The notes under the pieces are model-generated. The model did not search any database and was not told where the DNA came from. It saw only the letters and a program-made list of their open reading frames with translations. A stretch of DNA of 64,000 nt from the human T2T-CHM13v2.0 reference genome, Homo sapiens. Positions 28,790 through 40,495 of the stretch are shown here, in pieces (positions within the stretch are counted from its first letter, which is position 1; each line of letters opens with the position of its first letter). The stretch lies in the NCBI RefSeq assembly GCF_009914755.1, contig NC_060940.1. One strand, given 5' to 3'. Position numbers and translations under genes: made by a program.

Positions 28790-29937
28790 TTATTATTATT
28801 ATTTTAAATTTCACTTTAAGTTCTGGGATACATGTGCCGAGTGTGCAGGTTTGTTACATAGGTGTACATGTGCCGTGGTGGCTTGCTGCACCTATCAACC
28901 CATCATCTAGGTTTTAAGCCCTGCATGCATTAGATATGTGTCCTAATGCTCTCCCTCCCCTTCCTCCAACTCCCTGACAAACCCTTGTGTGTGATGTTCC
29001 CCTCCCTGTGTCCATGTGTTCTTATTGTTCGACTCCCACTGATGAGTGAGAACATGTGGTATTTTGTTTTGTGTTCCTGTGTTAGTTTGCTGAGGATAAT
29101 GGTTTCCAACTTCATCCATGTCCCTGCAAAAGACATGAACTCATTCTTTTTTGTGGCTTCATAGTATTCCAAGGTGTATATGTGCCACATTTTCTTTATC
29201 CAATCTATCATTGATGGGCATTTGGGTTGGTTCCAAGTCTTTGCTATTATAAATAGTGCTGCAATAAACATAAGTGTTCATGTGTCTTTATAGTAGAATG
29301 ATTTATAATCCTTTTTGTATATACCTAGTAATGGGACTTCTGGGCCAAATGGTATTTCTGGTTCTAGATCTTGAGGAATCACCACACTGTCTTCCACAAT
29401 GTTTGAACTAATTTACACTCCCACCAACAGTGTAAAAGCATTCCTATTTCTCCACATCTTCGCCTGCATCTGTTGTTTCCAGACTTTTTAATGATCGCCA
29501 TTCTAAGTGGCATGAGATGGTATCTCATTGTGGTTTTGATTTGCATTTCTCTAATGACCAGTGATGAAGATATTTTTTACACATATTTGTTGGCCGCATA
29601 AATGTCTTCTTTTGAGAAGTGTCTGTTCATATCCTTTGTGCCCTTTTTGATGAGGTTGTTTGTTTTTTTCTTGTAAATTTTTTTTAGTTCCTTGTAGATT
29701 CTGGATATTCGCCCTTTGTCAGATGGATAGATTGCACAAATTTTCCCCCCTTCTGTAGGTTGTCTATTCACTCCGATGATAGTTTCTTTTGCTGTGCAGA
29801 AGCTCTTTAGTTTAATTAGATCCCATTTATCAATTTTGGCTTTTGTTGCAATTGATTTCAGTGTTTTAGCCATAAAGTCTTTGCCCATGCCTATGTACTG
29901 AAAGGTATTGGTTAGGTTTTCTTCTAGGGTTTTTATG
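28790..29937 (-). mobile_element. 5'-truncated primate L1PA (approx. L1PA7-10), ORF2 C-terminus plus 3' UTR
   Basis: ORFs 28930..29271 (MFIAALFIIAKTWNQPKCPS...) and 29577..29888 (MGKDFM...[18 protein letters not shown]) are L1 ORF2 sequence; 19-bp TSD at 28775-28793 and 29938-29956. Confidence 0.95.
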
Positions 29938-31151
29938 TCAACATGCTAATTATTATGTAGCCAGAAGTTTGGTGGAAAACAAGACTTTGTAGTAGAGCCA
30001 GTCAGTCAGCCACAGGACTCAGGCGCCGTGCTGAGAAGGAGGTCAGACAGTGCTATACCGCCTGGGAAACATTAGCGGAAGATCATGGGCTACAGGCAAA
30101 AGCGAATGGGGCTTGAGACTTAGCTCTACCCCATTGGGTTAACATTGCTCTGTTCTCAACTTCCTGATCTCAAGGATGGAGATGATAATACCACCTTGAA
30201 GGGCTGTTGTGAGAGTTAAAAGAGGCGGTATAGGAAGCCACATCACATGGTGACCAAAACACACCATGAACATTAATATTTTTTCTTCTCTTCCTCCCCA
30301 GTGTCCAATAAACACATTCTGCTTGAGCTCTTATCTCCACCCCCTCTGCCTTTCCTAGGTAATATATTTTATTCTTGTCTCTAAAGACACCATGTATTGA
30401 ATGCTTTGGATATCGTTTGGGAACCAGATGGCTTGGGCTTACCTCATGCTCATTAGCTACATGGTTTTGGGCAGGGCACTTGACTTATGTTGCATTATTT
30501 ACTTCAACAGTAAAGCAATAGAACAATGGCATCTATCTGTAGGGTACCTGTGAAGATTAAATGGGACAAAACATGTAGCGGGTAGAGCAAAAGGCTTAAC
30601 ACATTGCACAAGCTCAACAATTGTTCTTACTCAAAAGCAGTGTCCTCAGAGAAGACATTCAACCCTTCCTCCATCCCCTCCCTATTGGCTAAAAATAGGG
30701 AGCACAGTGAAGATCTGGCCTATGGCAAACCTTGGCAGGTGCATGGGAGCTGAGCTCTGGCAAAGGGCAGGTCCATTCTGTTGTGGAAGGGGTAGAGTGG
30801 GGGCAGATAGACTGAAAGGTTGAGAACATTATCTGGCTTCCTAAAAGGCTTAAAGGGTTACCTCTGGAGGGTGATTGGGAGCCCTATGTCCATTAAACGC
30901 ATACAACAGCTGAATGAGACCTCAAGTTTCCAAAAAAAGAGTTGTATATTTTTGCTCATATCATTACCTACAAGAATCCCAGAAGAGAAATAGGCCTTCT
31001 TGTCTACTTGGATAGGCTCAGCAAGGGTAAATGGCTTGAGAACCTGCAGCAAGTAAATAGCATCAGCAGAACTCAAACTCAGGCCTTTCCCTAGTATGAC
31101 ACTCTCCCCATCACACCACAAGCCATCCACTGACCACTAGGGTGATCGAAC

Positions 31152-31302
31152 CAGGGCTAGGATGAGGGTGAGGGGAGTGAGGCGAGCCGTGCATGTGCCA
31201 GATGGGGACTTGTCTTTGTTTAACATTTTGATATCTTGTTCATCATGGATTTTTTCCATTCTGATGTTTTAAAATCATTGCATTAAAATGTTATTTGCCT
31301 TG
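31152..31302. mobile_element. MER96B-like hAT MITE fragment
   Basis: cagggctaggatgagggtgagg...attttgatatcttgttcatcatggattttt...ttgcattaaaat. Confidence 0.65.
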
Positions 31303-32816
31303 AAAAAATAATTATTCCTTATCATTATTGTGGTGAAAATTTGACAAGCATTGTGTTACGTGCTTTCTAAGTGCCATGTTGTTGCATCTTTACAACAATT
31401 CTGTGGGACAGGATGAGAAACCTGGGCTTAGAGTATAGAAAATCATCATGCAGATATAAGGCGTCCCAAGATTGCTTTTTTCTCTGTCTACCACCCCACA
31501 CTGTAGGCCTCTCTTTTGTTTCTAACCAATGCTCTTTATGACTTATTTATTGGCTATGGCCTGATTAAGTGACTTGAGAACTGGCGTAAGGCTGCTATTT
31601 ATGTGCACATTGATAACCCACCTTACAGTATTGAAGACCCTACATGATCATCAACGTTAAAGGGCTCGGAAAAACCTGGAAGCACTCTACAAAATATTTG
31701 TTCTTTATTTATGTAGGTCCCCATCATGTTCTAGAACGGGATTTGTAGTAGTCTATTAGTTGTCATTAGAGTGATGATGATTAATGATTATAATAACAAG
31801 ACAAGTGTAATTGGTTCAAATTGTGCCTTTTGAAATAGCCTCCTCGGAGGCCAGGCAGCCGGGAGGGAGAAGGCAGCCTCTGCCACAGGGATCTGAAAAG
31901 ATGGGCCTAATTGGTTAAAAGCAGGATTGCTAATTGCTTTGGCAAGGGCCTGAGGGAAGGCTCTGGTATGATTATAGATGAACTGAGGTCCCTTGAAACC
32001 CTGTGATTCTGGGCTAGATCTGCTCCTCCAAACACAAGCAGAAAAGAGAGCAGATGTTCAGCCACTTGACAAAGATTTAATAAGACACTTAGAAAAATTA
32101 CCATGTTCACTTTGCCCCTCCTGACCCCTCGGTTGGAAGCTGGAGGAAGGCCTGTTTTGGGCGGCTGATGCTCTGAGCTGAAACCTTAAGCGGCACGTGC
32201 CAAGGAGTTTTCCATTTTTCCACGATCCTCCTGTTCTGTGGTCCTCCCCTCCATCTGACAAGAAGGGCTTTTTGTGATGTGAGGAGGAGGAAAGGTAGCA
32301 GGAAGAGGAGAGGCTTGATGATGATCGACATCTGTGCTTTAAATTCCAGTTGAGGGTAGACAGGCTGCCACTGAGTTATTGAACTCTTCTATTTGGAGAG
32401 CAAAGGAGTAAAGTCAAGCCAGATCACAGCACCACACGGCAAATCTCCACGGCATGTGCTGGAGAACCCAGCAGGGCAGAAGAGCCCAAAGGTAGGATTT
32501 TGCCAAAGAGAAATTTCTCCCTTGTAGATTGTGTTAGTCACCAGGAAAAAACAGTACGGAGACTGGCAATGAGGCTGAATGGGTGTGGGACTCTGCTCTA
32601 GTCTGGGGAAGCCTGGGAAAACTTGTCGGTGGCCACTTGTAGCCACAGGGGTTTGGAGACTGACCACCTGGATTCAAAGCCAGCCCAACAATTCATTAGT
32701 GAGGGGCTCATGCAAATCACATAACCACACTGAATCTCAATGTCCTCACTTGTAAAATAGGGAAAATGATACCTCCCTCATACAGTTATTGTGACAAGTA
32801 AATGACACAGAGCAAG

Positions 32817-33608
32817 TGTGTTCATTTTCTAGGGATGCAAATCACCACAAATTGTGTGGCTTAAAACAATAGAAATTTGGCCAGGTGTAGTGGATCATGC
32901 CTGTAATCCCAAAACTTTGGGAGGCTGAGACAGGCAGATCCCAAGGTCAGGAGTTTGAGATCAGCCTGACTGACATGGTGAAACCCCGTCTCTACTGAAA
33001 ATACAAAAATTAGCCAGGTGTGGTCGTGGGCACCTGTAATCCCAGCTACTGAGGAGGCCTAGGCAGGAGAATCATTTGAGCCTGGGAGGTGGAGGTTGGA
33101 GTGAGCTGAGATCATGCCATTGCACTGCAGCCTGGGTGAGAGAGCAAGACTCCCTCTCAAAAAAAAAAAACAACAACAAAAAAACAAAAAACAAACAAAC
33201 AAAAAAACAAATCAGAAATTTATTTTCTCACAGTTCTGGAGACCAAAACTCTGAATGTAAGGTGTGGGCAGGGCAGTGCTGCCTCGAGGTTCTAGGGGAG
33301 GATCCCTCCTTGCTTCTTCCAGCTTCTGATGGCTCCCAGCAAGCCTTGGCATTCCTTGGCTTGTGGCAGCATCACTCCTATCTCTGCCTCCATCTTCACA
33401 TGGTCTTCTTCCCTGGATGTCTGTGTCTTCTCTTCTTCTTATAGCAATGCCAGTCTTTGAATTTAGGGGCCATCCTAAAATCCTCTATGATATCATCTCC
33501 ATATCCTTAACTTAACCGAATCCACAAAGACTGTTTCCAAATAAGGTCATATTCTGAGTTTCTGGGTGAACATGAATATTTAGGGGACACTATTCAACAC
33601 ACCACCAT
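32817..33608 (-). mobile_element. MLT1B/C-like solo LTR interrupted by an Alu and nested in a MIR
   Basis: ggcttaaaacaatagaaattt[Alu]attttctcacagttctggagacc...tttccaaataaggtcatattctgag...ggacactattcaac; MIR-like sequence at 32670-32815 and 33610-33670. Confidence 0.85.
32879..33210 (+). mobile_element. Alu (AluS-type) with CAA/CAAA-patterned tail
   Basis: Full Alu; agaaattt flanks both sides. Confidence 0.95.
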
Positions 33609-34419
33609 AAGTAAAGAGATTAGAATGCCCCTTGGCACATAGAAAGCTCTAGATAAATGTTAGCTACTATGTTTGCTATCACTACTACTTCTGTTGTTAT
33701 CACGGCGGAGGTACCAGGTCGTATTTCCTCAGGCTCGCTTGAAACACAATTATTTTTTAACTATATGTCATAGTAGGCACAAAGGTTAATCAGATGGGCT
33801 AAGATGAAGGGGTGATGATTTTAAATATACAAGCATAGCACACTACAACTATAAAACTTGTAGGTCACTCATATTGGGTTTTTAAGCTCCTTTGATGTCA
33901 GGCATTATTTCTTGCTCTTCTTGCCTGACATTGAGCTGAGAAAACAAGGAATTGGCATTGAACTCACAGAGCCTTAAGTTTAAACACTAAATCTACCTTA
34001 CCTCTGGAAACTCATATTTTCTTATCTGTAAAATGGACAATTCTTCCTTTAGTCATGGGGTTGCTGTGGATGTTGAAGTTGAAGCCCTAGGGCACGGTGC
34101 TGGGTTTTAGAGGGGGTGTGTGGGATTCAGCATCGCTAGGGAAGGAGGACCTGCATGGTGGCGGGGGGAGTGTGGTGGAGCCATTAACCAGCGTTGGGTC
34201 AGGTCTGGATGGAAAAGAGAAGGGAAGTGACTTCACTCAAAGCTTAGGGGTGGAAGGTTAGAGAAGGTCTGGGATCAGGTATGAGAGCAACCAAGGAGCA
34301 ACACCAAATTCAGCCAGGCGAGGACATGGGGCGGGAATCCACAAGGGAGTCCAAGGTGAAGGTGGCAGGGGAACTCCTGTGTTTCTGACAAATGCTTCAG
34401 GTAGTGATCAGTGGCACAT

Positions 34420-34860
34420 GGTGCTGTGGATTAATTTATCCAGGTCCATACATACCTGTGTGGTTCCCATGGGCCAGGTGCGTCACTAAGAATTAGGTAT
34501 TCACAGTGGAAAGCAAAAACTACAGCCTTTGCTCTCTTGGAGCCTACAGAGTAGACTGGAACAGAGGTTATTTTTAAAAAAAATTACTGAAAGATATAAA
34601 AACAAAGTGTGTTCATCACTGGGTAAGAACAGCACAGGGAGTAGCTATGAGAGATCAGTGATAACCAGGGTTCTGATCTAGTCCAGGAGAGGGAGAGGCT
34701 GAGGAAGGTCTCCCTGAAGAAGAGACATTTACATTGGGAGACAAAAGAGGAGAAGAGATTGAGCAGGTGCAGGGTGGGCTGGTATAGAGGGAGGGCCGGG
34801 CATGAAACAGAGGGTAAGGCAGGTGGAAAGGTGAGAGGCAGGGGAGGCTTGCTTGGTGGT
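34420..34860 (-). mobile_element. L2 LINE fragment
   Basis: cctttgctctcttggagcctacagagtag...ggaaggtctccctgaagaagagacattt. Confidence 0.65.
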
Positions 34861-34878
34861 CAGGCAGACTTGGGTAGT

Positions 34879-34955
34879 TGTGGCAGAGACCGTTTGACCC
34901 ACAAGACCTGAAATACTTACTGCCTGGACCTTTACAGGAAAAGTTTGCTGATCTC
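34879..34955. mobile_element. MER58A-like MITE end
   Basis: gagaccgtttgacccacaagacctgaaatacttactgcctggacctttacaggaaaagtttgctga. Confidence 0.75.
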
Positions 34956-35064
34956 TTATCAAGTGTGTTTTCGTAGGTGTCAGCATCTTTGAATACAACC
35001 TTGCTGTTTCTGAGTAACAATGGGGAGGGTGAGGGGATATTGTCTTCTCTCTAGCTGCCCCCAA

Positions 35065-35395
35065 AACTTCCCAGTCTGTCTGTTCCAGCTCCTCAGCTTG
35101 GCAGCACAGGGCCACAGATATGTGTAGTTTGGCCCACAGAGTGTTTTGATTTTTTTTCTTTTGAAGAGTTGTCATGACTTAAACCTTGGAAAAGTCACAC
35201 ACAGTGTTGGAGTTCCAACTTCTCTTGCAAAATCAGAAGCTCTGGCATCACTGTCCCTCCTTTCCTCAAGGCAACCCCCGAGGGGGTTGGAGATGAATGT
35301 AAAATGCAATTCTCAGTTCAATAGAGACCTCATAGGCCTCTTCTGTCTGAGCATTTCCTGCCTGGCTCCTGTAGGCACCTGAGTCTCTGCCCCTT
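35065..35395. mobile_element. MER102-like hAT element
   Basis: tttggcccacagagtgtttt...aaaatcagaagctctggcatcactg...ttcctgcctggctcctgtaggca. Confidence 0.65.
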
Positions 35396-35725
35396 GATCT
35401 CTGCCCTACTGAGGATGGTCAGATGGGAAAGAACAAAACCCCTTGGTTCTTAGGAAGAGATTGTTTCAAATTAAAGTCTTGATGCCTAATTAGGAAGCCA
35501 GTTTACATTTCCCCCGAGGGAGAATAGTTCTGTCTCCCAGGAAAGAGTTCTTTAAATGGGACAGACCTGGATGGCCTCTAAGTGGGTTTCCTTTATTCTT
35601 CCGATTTCTTCTTTATTATTTTTTAACAGCAGTGAAACGCTTTCTGCAGAGAATATCTTATGCAAAAACCCAGTGTAAAATACACATCCAAGTGACTGTG
35701 CTCAGATTGAATGTGTTTTGCTCAC

Positions 35726-35850
35726 CTTGGAAAATTGGCTGCTTGACTTTCTCTTCTGCTTTTTCCGAGGTGGCTCTGGGACATCTCTGGGTAAACTTTG
35801 GTTCCTCAGAAAACCCCTGCCAAGAGCGTTGTGAGAGAGGCTGCTGCAAG
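35726..35850 (-). ncRNA. Candidate 125-nt internal exon of a spliced, probably non-coding transcript
   Basis: Minus strand: branch-like TTAAC (A at 35879), pyrimidine-rich AG-free tract, acceptor TTCCTCCAG|C, donor CAAG|GTGAGC; upstream donor GAAG|GTGAGG at 35934/35933 defines an 83-nt intron. Confidence 0.5.
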
Positions 35851-36139
35851 CTGGAGGAACAGGTCGTACATAAAAGGGTTAAAAACAAACAAACAAACAA
35901 CAAACAGAAGCAAAGGTACTCTTGGTTCCTCACCTTCGTAACTCTGGGCCAACCTGAAATTGAACAGCTTGCAAAAGGCAAATCTGGATCTCTACCTGTG
36001 GCTCCTTCACTCCCTGGGGGCCCGACACGGACGGAGTGAGATAACCTGAGTAGTAGATGGCAAACATCAGAGTCGAGGCCCTGCAAACGTGCAAGGCCTG
36101 CTTCATCACTGTGACTGGAGACTTGGACCTGTATCCTTT

Positions 36140-36570
36140 TCAGGAGTGTGTCACTTCCTGTGGCATGCAGCGTGGAAAAGCAGTCACTGTCCTGCTGTAG
36201 CTTTGAAGTGGGGGCTGCCTCTGTCTAATATGGTGAGGTGCTGGTTCATGGAACTCTGGGACCGGGGCCTTGGCCACAATCTGCAGGAAATGCTCAGACT
36301 CGGAGGATTCCCGGAAATGAGAGAGAGGTTTCTGAGCTTCTCTGGCTTAGCCTAGCAGCTGTGCTGTCACGTTATTACGGATGCTTGTCATTGAAGCATC
36401 ACTGTCTGCAACCTTGACATGCACCATTTCAGACTCATTTTTCAAAATTGCTTTGAAAGCCCAGGGCCCATCCCATGCATTAGGGGAACTCCTCTGTGAC
36501 AGGTGCTGGGGGTGATGGAGGCAGCAGAGAAGTCCCTGTGCAGTGCTGACTCATGGGAGCACATGTGAAA
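36140..36570. promoter_or_regulatory. Candidate enhancer/promoter
   Basis: ETS cacttcctg at 36152-36160, STAT GAS TTCCCGGAA at 36308-36316, ARE/MARE-type TGCTGACTCAT at 36544-36554; locally retained CpGs; no repeat recognised. Confidence 0.4.
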
Positions 36571-36744
36571 AGACACAGGCTGGCTGCTATGAAGCCTCTG
36601 TAGGGGTTTAGAGGTGTTTTCCTTGTTAGAGGAGGACATCCTTTTTCTACAGGGCTACATGACCCCCACCTGTACAAGCAGCTTTCTGGCAACTGAGCTA
36701 GCACACCCCACTCTGGGCTGTCTGTAGTTCTGGTGGCTTCGCCT

Positions 36745-37035
36745 GTCCAAACTGTAAGCTCTTAGGCAAACTTCTATGACTTTTTAGGTTTCTGTTTCCT
36801 CATCTGTATAAGTATGATAATATCCACCTCCCAACCTTATCTACATATTAGAAATAATATTACCTACCTCATAATCTCATTTGTTTAATATAAATGATAA
36901 TATTCACCCCTCAACATTAACTGTATAATAGAAATAATTATACCTACCTCTAAATATTAGCTGTAGAATGGAAATGATAATACTCACCTTGAAATTATGT
37001 TTGAGAATTAGAAATAATACGCCTAAAATGCCGAG
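36745..37035 (+). mobile_element. MIR with internal ~40-bp tandem amplification
   Basis: tctgtttcctcatctgta, followed by five degenerate copies of the ctgtaaaatg...ataata...cacc core segment. Confidence 0.7.
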
Positions 37036-38202
37036 AAGTGCATTAAATGATTAACGCATTTACTACGTGACAGGCTCAGGAACTCTTGGCTTTCCAGAGG
37101 CCCGACCTAATTCACATTTTTGAGCCTCCAGGTATGCTTAAAAAATAAAAACATCCCCAAATTGTTGCAAAAATTGTTATATTTTAAGTGTTTATTTTGG
37201 ACAGATGAATGCTTTTAACAAACATACTAGAATATATAAATAGCCTCATTCGGGGTGACCTCAAATTCTGGCTCCACAGCTCTTGAAGAGATGGCGTCTA
37301 GGCCAAATGCACCACCCCCATGCCCATTACAGGCTCTAAATAGGCCCTTAATAAATGATAGTCATCATAGCATGATATAATCATATTATATCTATCCCTG
37401 GAGGTTATAAACAATGTTTCCTCTCTAGCTTTATCTGCTATAAATCAACTGAGTCTTCCCAGCATTAAAACACTTCATGATGGGCCAGTGAACCATGGTG
37501 GGGGAAGCACAGAAGGAGTTGGCTCCAGCTGTTGGCAGCTGCAGAGAGTTACTGAGGCCCACGTGGGGCCCACATATATGGCTGTGTGGCTTTTCGTATT
37601 GAATAATACCCACAGACCAGATTCAACTTGCACAACGGTTGATTTCTGGTGAGGCGATCTCTGCTGGCCACAAAACGCCCCAGGCTGGATGGGGTCAGAC
37701 TGCGATTCTTTTAGCTAGTGCCTCGGCAGCAAGGCATCTCCCTCTGGACATCCAGCAAGACTCCTGGTGATGGTGCTGTCAAAACAGACTTCCCTTTACT
37801 AGGACTGGTAATCCCATGCTTTGGCCTCCAGTTAATATGTGCATGCCTTACTGGGGAGAAGGGACCTCATGTTCTTGGATTTTGCTGACATGGACTGTGC
37901 AGGTCTCTAAGTGCCAATCGCAGGGAAGAGTCAACACCTCATCACTGACCTAGGATAGCATAAATGCAGCTGCTTCTTATCCAATGACAGGAACCCATTC
38001 TGAGCCTAGGTGAGGGAAGACAAGGATTCCAATGACAACTGGGCCACCCTGACTTGCTGTTTCTCAGACTTCTTAAAGTTTGACTGTCAGCCCACATTGC
38101 CCAAGTTGGATGATCACACTTCTGAATCAAAATTAGGAATTGCGGTTTGCCCAGTATTTTAATGACCACAAGGGCAGTAGGGATAGGGTATTCTGAAGTG
38201 GG

Positions 38203-38290
38203 AACCTTCCCATTATGTGTGGGATGGAGGAAATCCAGGGCACACAAACCTTTCCATTATGTGTGGGATGGAGGAAATCCAGGGCGCGCA
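38203..38290 (+). repeat. 44-bp tandem duplication
   Basis: aaccttYccattatgtgtgggatggaggaaatccagggcRcRca twice; 41/44 identical. Confidence 0.97.
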
Positions 38291-39634
38291 ATCACGACAT
38301 GCAGAAGTGAATGCTCAGAGCTGGTCCATCTGAGCTGGGCCACCAGTAAAGGGCATGCATTTGAGGAGTTAATTCTGGGACCACTCTGTACCTTGTAATC
38401 ACTCCTTGGGCTGTTATAATCAAATGGAACTTACCACAAAGTTAATTCGAGATTATATTTAGTGATATGCTTTATCGTTGTTGTAGTGAGTGGTAATTAG
38501 GAATAAAATGGGAAACAATTCCCATAAAAGATTGTGATTAGCATTGATTATGCAGACAACCCGAGGTTTTCCACTCGCACCTTTTTGCTGCTTCTGTCTC
38601 TCTAATGAGCATTAATTTTGCCTCCTCCCATGCTCTGAAACACAGGCCTGCGTTCTCATTTCGTGCTTTGGCTCCCTTACCCTGTCCCTCTCCCCACTGG
38701 TGGCTCTGGGTTGAGGATCAGAGTGCTGCTTTTGGTGCCCATTTTGCCAGAACCCCTCCTTAGTTTCCTACTTCTAGAGTCCTTGAATATCTTCTCTCTG
38801 CCCCTCACCTGCCTTGGGTGCCTGGTGAAGCAGGGGAGGCTGCCTGGGGGAGGCAGCTGGTGATGTGGGTTTTGGTCAGGGGGAGAGGTGTCCTGGGACC
38901 AAGGCTAGTGGAGAGAAGGCTAGATTAGGGGAGGAAGAGTGGGAACTCATCAGATGGAAGCTCTTGCAGAAAACATCTCTTCACCAGGTCAGTTAACATC
39001 CAGAGCAGTTGGGGATAAATTATCAGTTTAGAGGCAAAAAGAATGGTGAGGCCTTCCTCTATCTGCAAATTTCTCCATTTCCTATTTCTGATGGCCTGGA
39101 ATTTCCAACTGGAGACAGGCATTTCATTGCATGCTAAAGGAGATGAGGTTTAAACTGCAAACACTGAGATTGTCCAAACACTGATGTGAAGAGTTTCAGG
39201 CTCCAGGCAAATTGCCACATCAGATTCTTGTGTTTCTGGGTCAAGTTGGGGGCTAGAGAGCAGAGGACTGCTGAGTGTCTGAGGGGTTGAGAAGAGTGCT
39301 GAGTGGAGAAATGACCCAGAAGGAGAGGCCTGGAGGTAATGAAAGCAGAACTTTTGACTCTGCAGAATTTTGCTTGAGAGCATGCTGGTGTGCTGCACTT
39401 CACCTTCTCCAGCTTGACCACTCGGGAACCATAGCATTGACCAGGCCCTTGGGCTGCCTATGAGGCTCTCCAAGGCTGCAGTGCCTTTCTGGCAAGTTTC
39501 AAACCAGAGCAGCTCTGGACTCTTCTATCTCACATGCTTCATAAAAAGTTTTTGGGGAGTGTATATAATTTTTTCATCGCAGGGGTAAAGAGCTATTCTT
39601 GCCCTACCCCTTAAGTCTGTCCTCCACTTAAGTT

Positions 39635-40495
39635 CTGAAAATGCAAATGAGATCATACCATTTCTAGCTAAGAACCACTCAATGGTATCCTAATGCTATT
39701 AGAATAAAATCCTAGCTCTTTATTTCGAAGCTTGATTTCATCTGTTGCTTACCTTTCTTCTGATATTATCTCTTACCTCTCTGTTCATTGGTCCCTCCAT
39801 CTGTAATCCCTCCCTCCCCTTCTTCCTTCCAAAAGTCTATTCATCCCTCTACTCATGTCTCCATCTTCCTTTCCTTCTATCCTTCCATCCATTTATCTAT
39901 GCATCCATCTGCTCTGATGCAGCCACAGTTGCTTTCTTGGTATTGCTGAACTGCCTTCCATTCATTTGTTCTCTGCACTTGTTTTTCGCGCTGCCTGGAA
40001 TACTCTCTTTCTCTTACTACCCACATGGCTCACTGTTCTCTTCCCCTTTTTGGGTCTCTGTTCTAATGTTGCTTTCTCCATGAGAACTTCCCATGCCTTT
40101 GAGGTTGTGGCTTGAAGGGGGCACGTGTGGCTTCTGAAACGTTATCTTCTATTTCTTGACCCAGGTGCTTGTAACATTTTTTGTGTTCAATGTGTTAACA
40201 TACAGTAAGCTTAAATTTTATCTGGTGCACTTCTGTATGTGTTTGTTATACTTAACAAAAAGTTGAAAACAAATACTCTGACTCCCATCTCACTCTATTT
40301 CTCACTTTGTGTTATTTTATCTTCATGGCCCTTACACTACGTGACATTGTCTTACATCCTAATTTTCAATGTCTGTCATCTCCCATGCCACATGGAAATT
40401 TAATGAAACAGGGATTCGGTCTTATTTCCTGCTCTATTCCCAGGGCTTAATACAGTGCCCAACATGCAGGGGAAAAAAATCACTGTTGAATGAAA
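39635..40495 (+). mobile_element. L2 LINE 3' region with a short L1M insert
   Basis: aaaatgcaaatgagatcat...agaataaaatcctagctc...ctattcccagggcttaatacagtgccc...tgttgaatgaa. Confidence 0.7.

Noticed and set aside
28930-29888. ORFs with clear protein homology
   Set aside because: Fragments of L1 ORF2 in a 5'-truncated, disrupted copy; not a host gene
35632-36086. Opposing 135-aa and 142-aa ORFs over the candidate spliced region
   Set aside because: Non-ATG starts, run through a CAAA repeat that is the predicted intron, and show no recognisable homology
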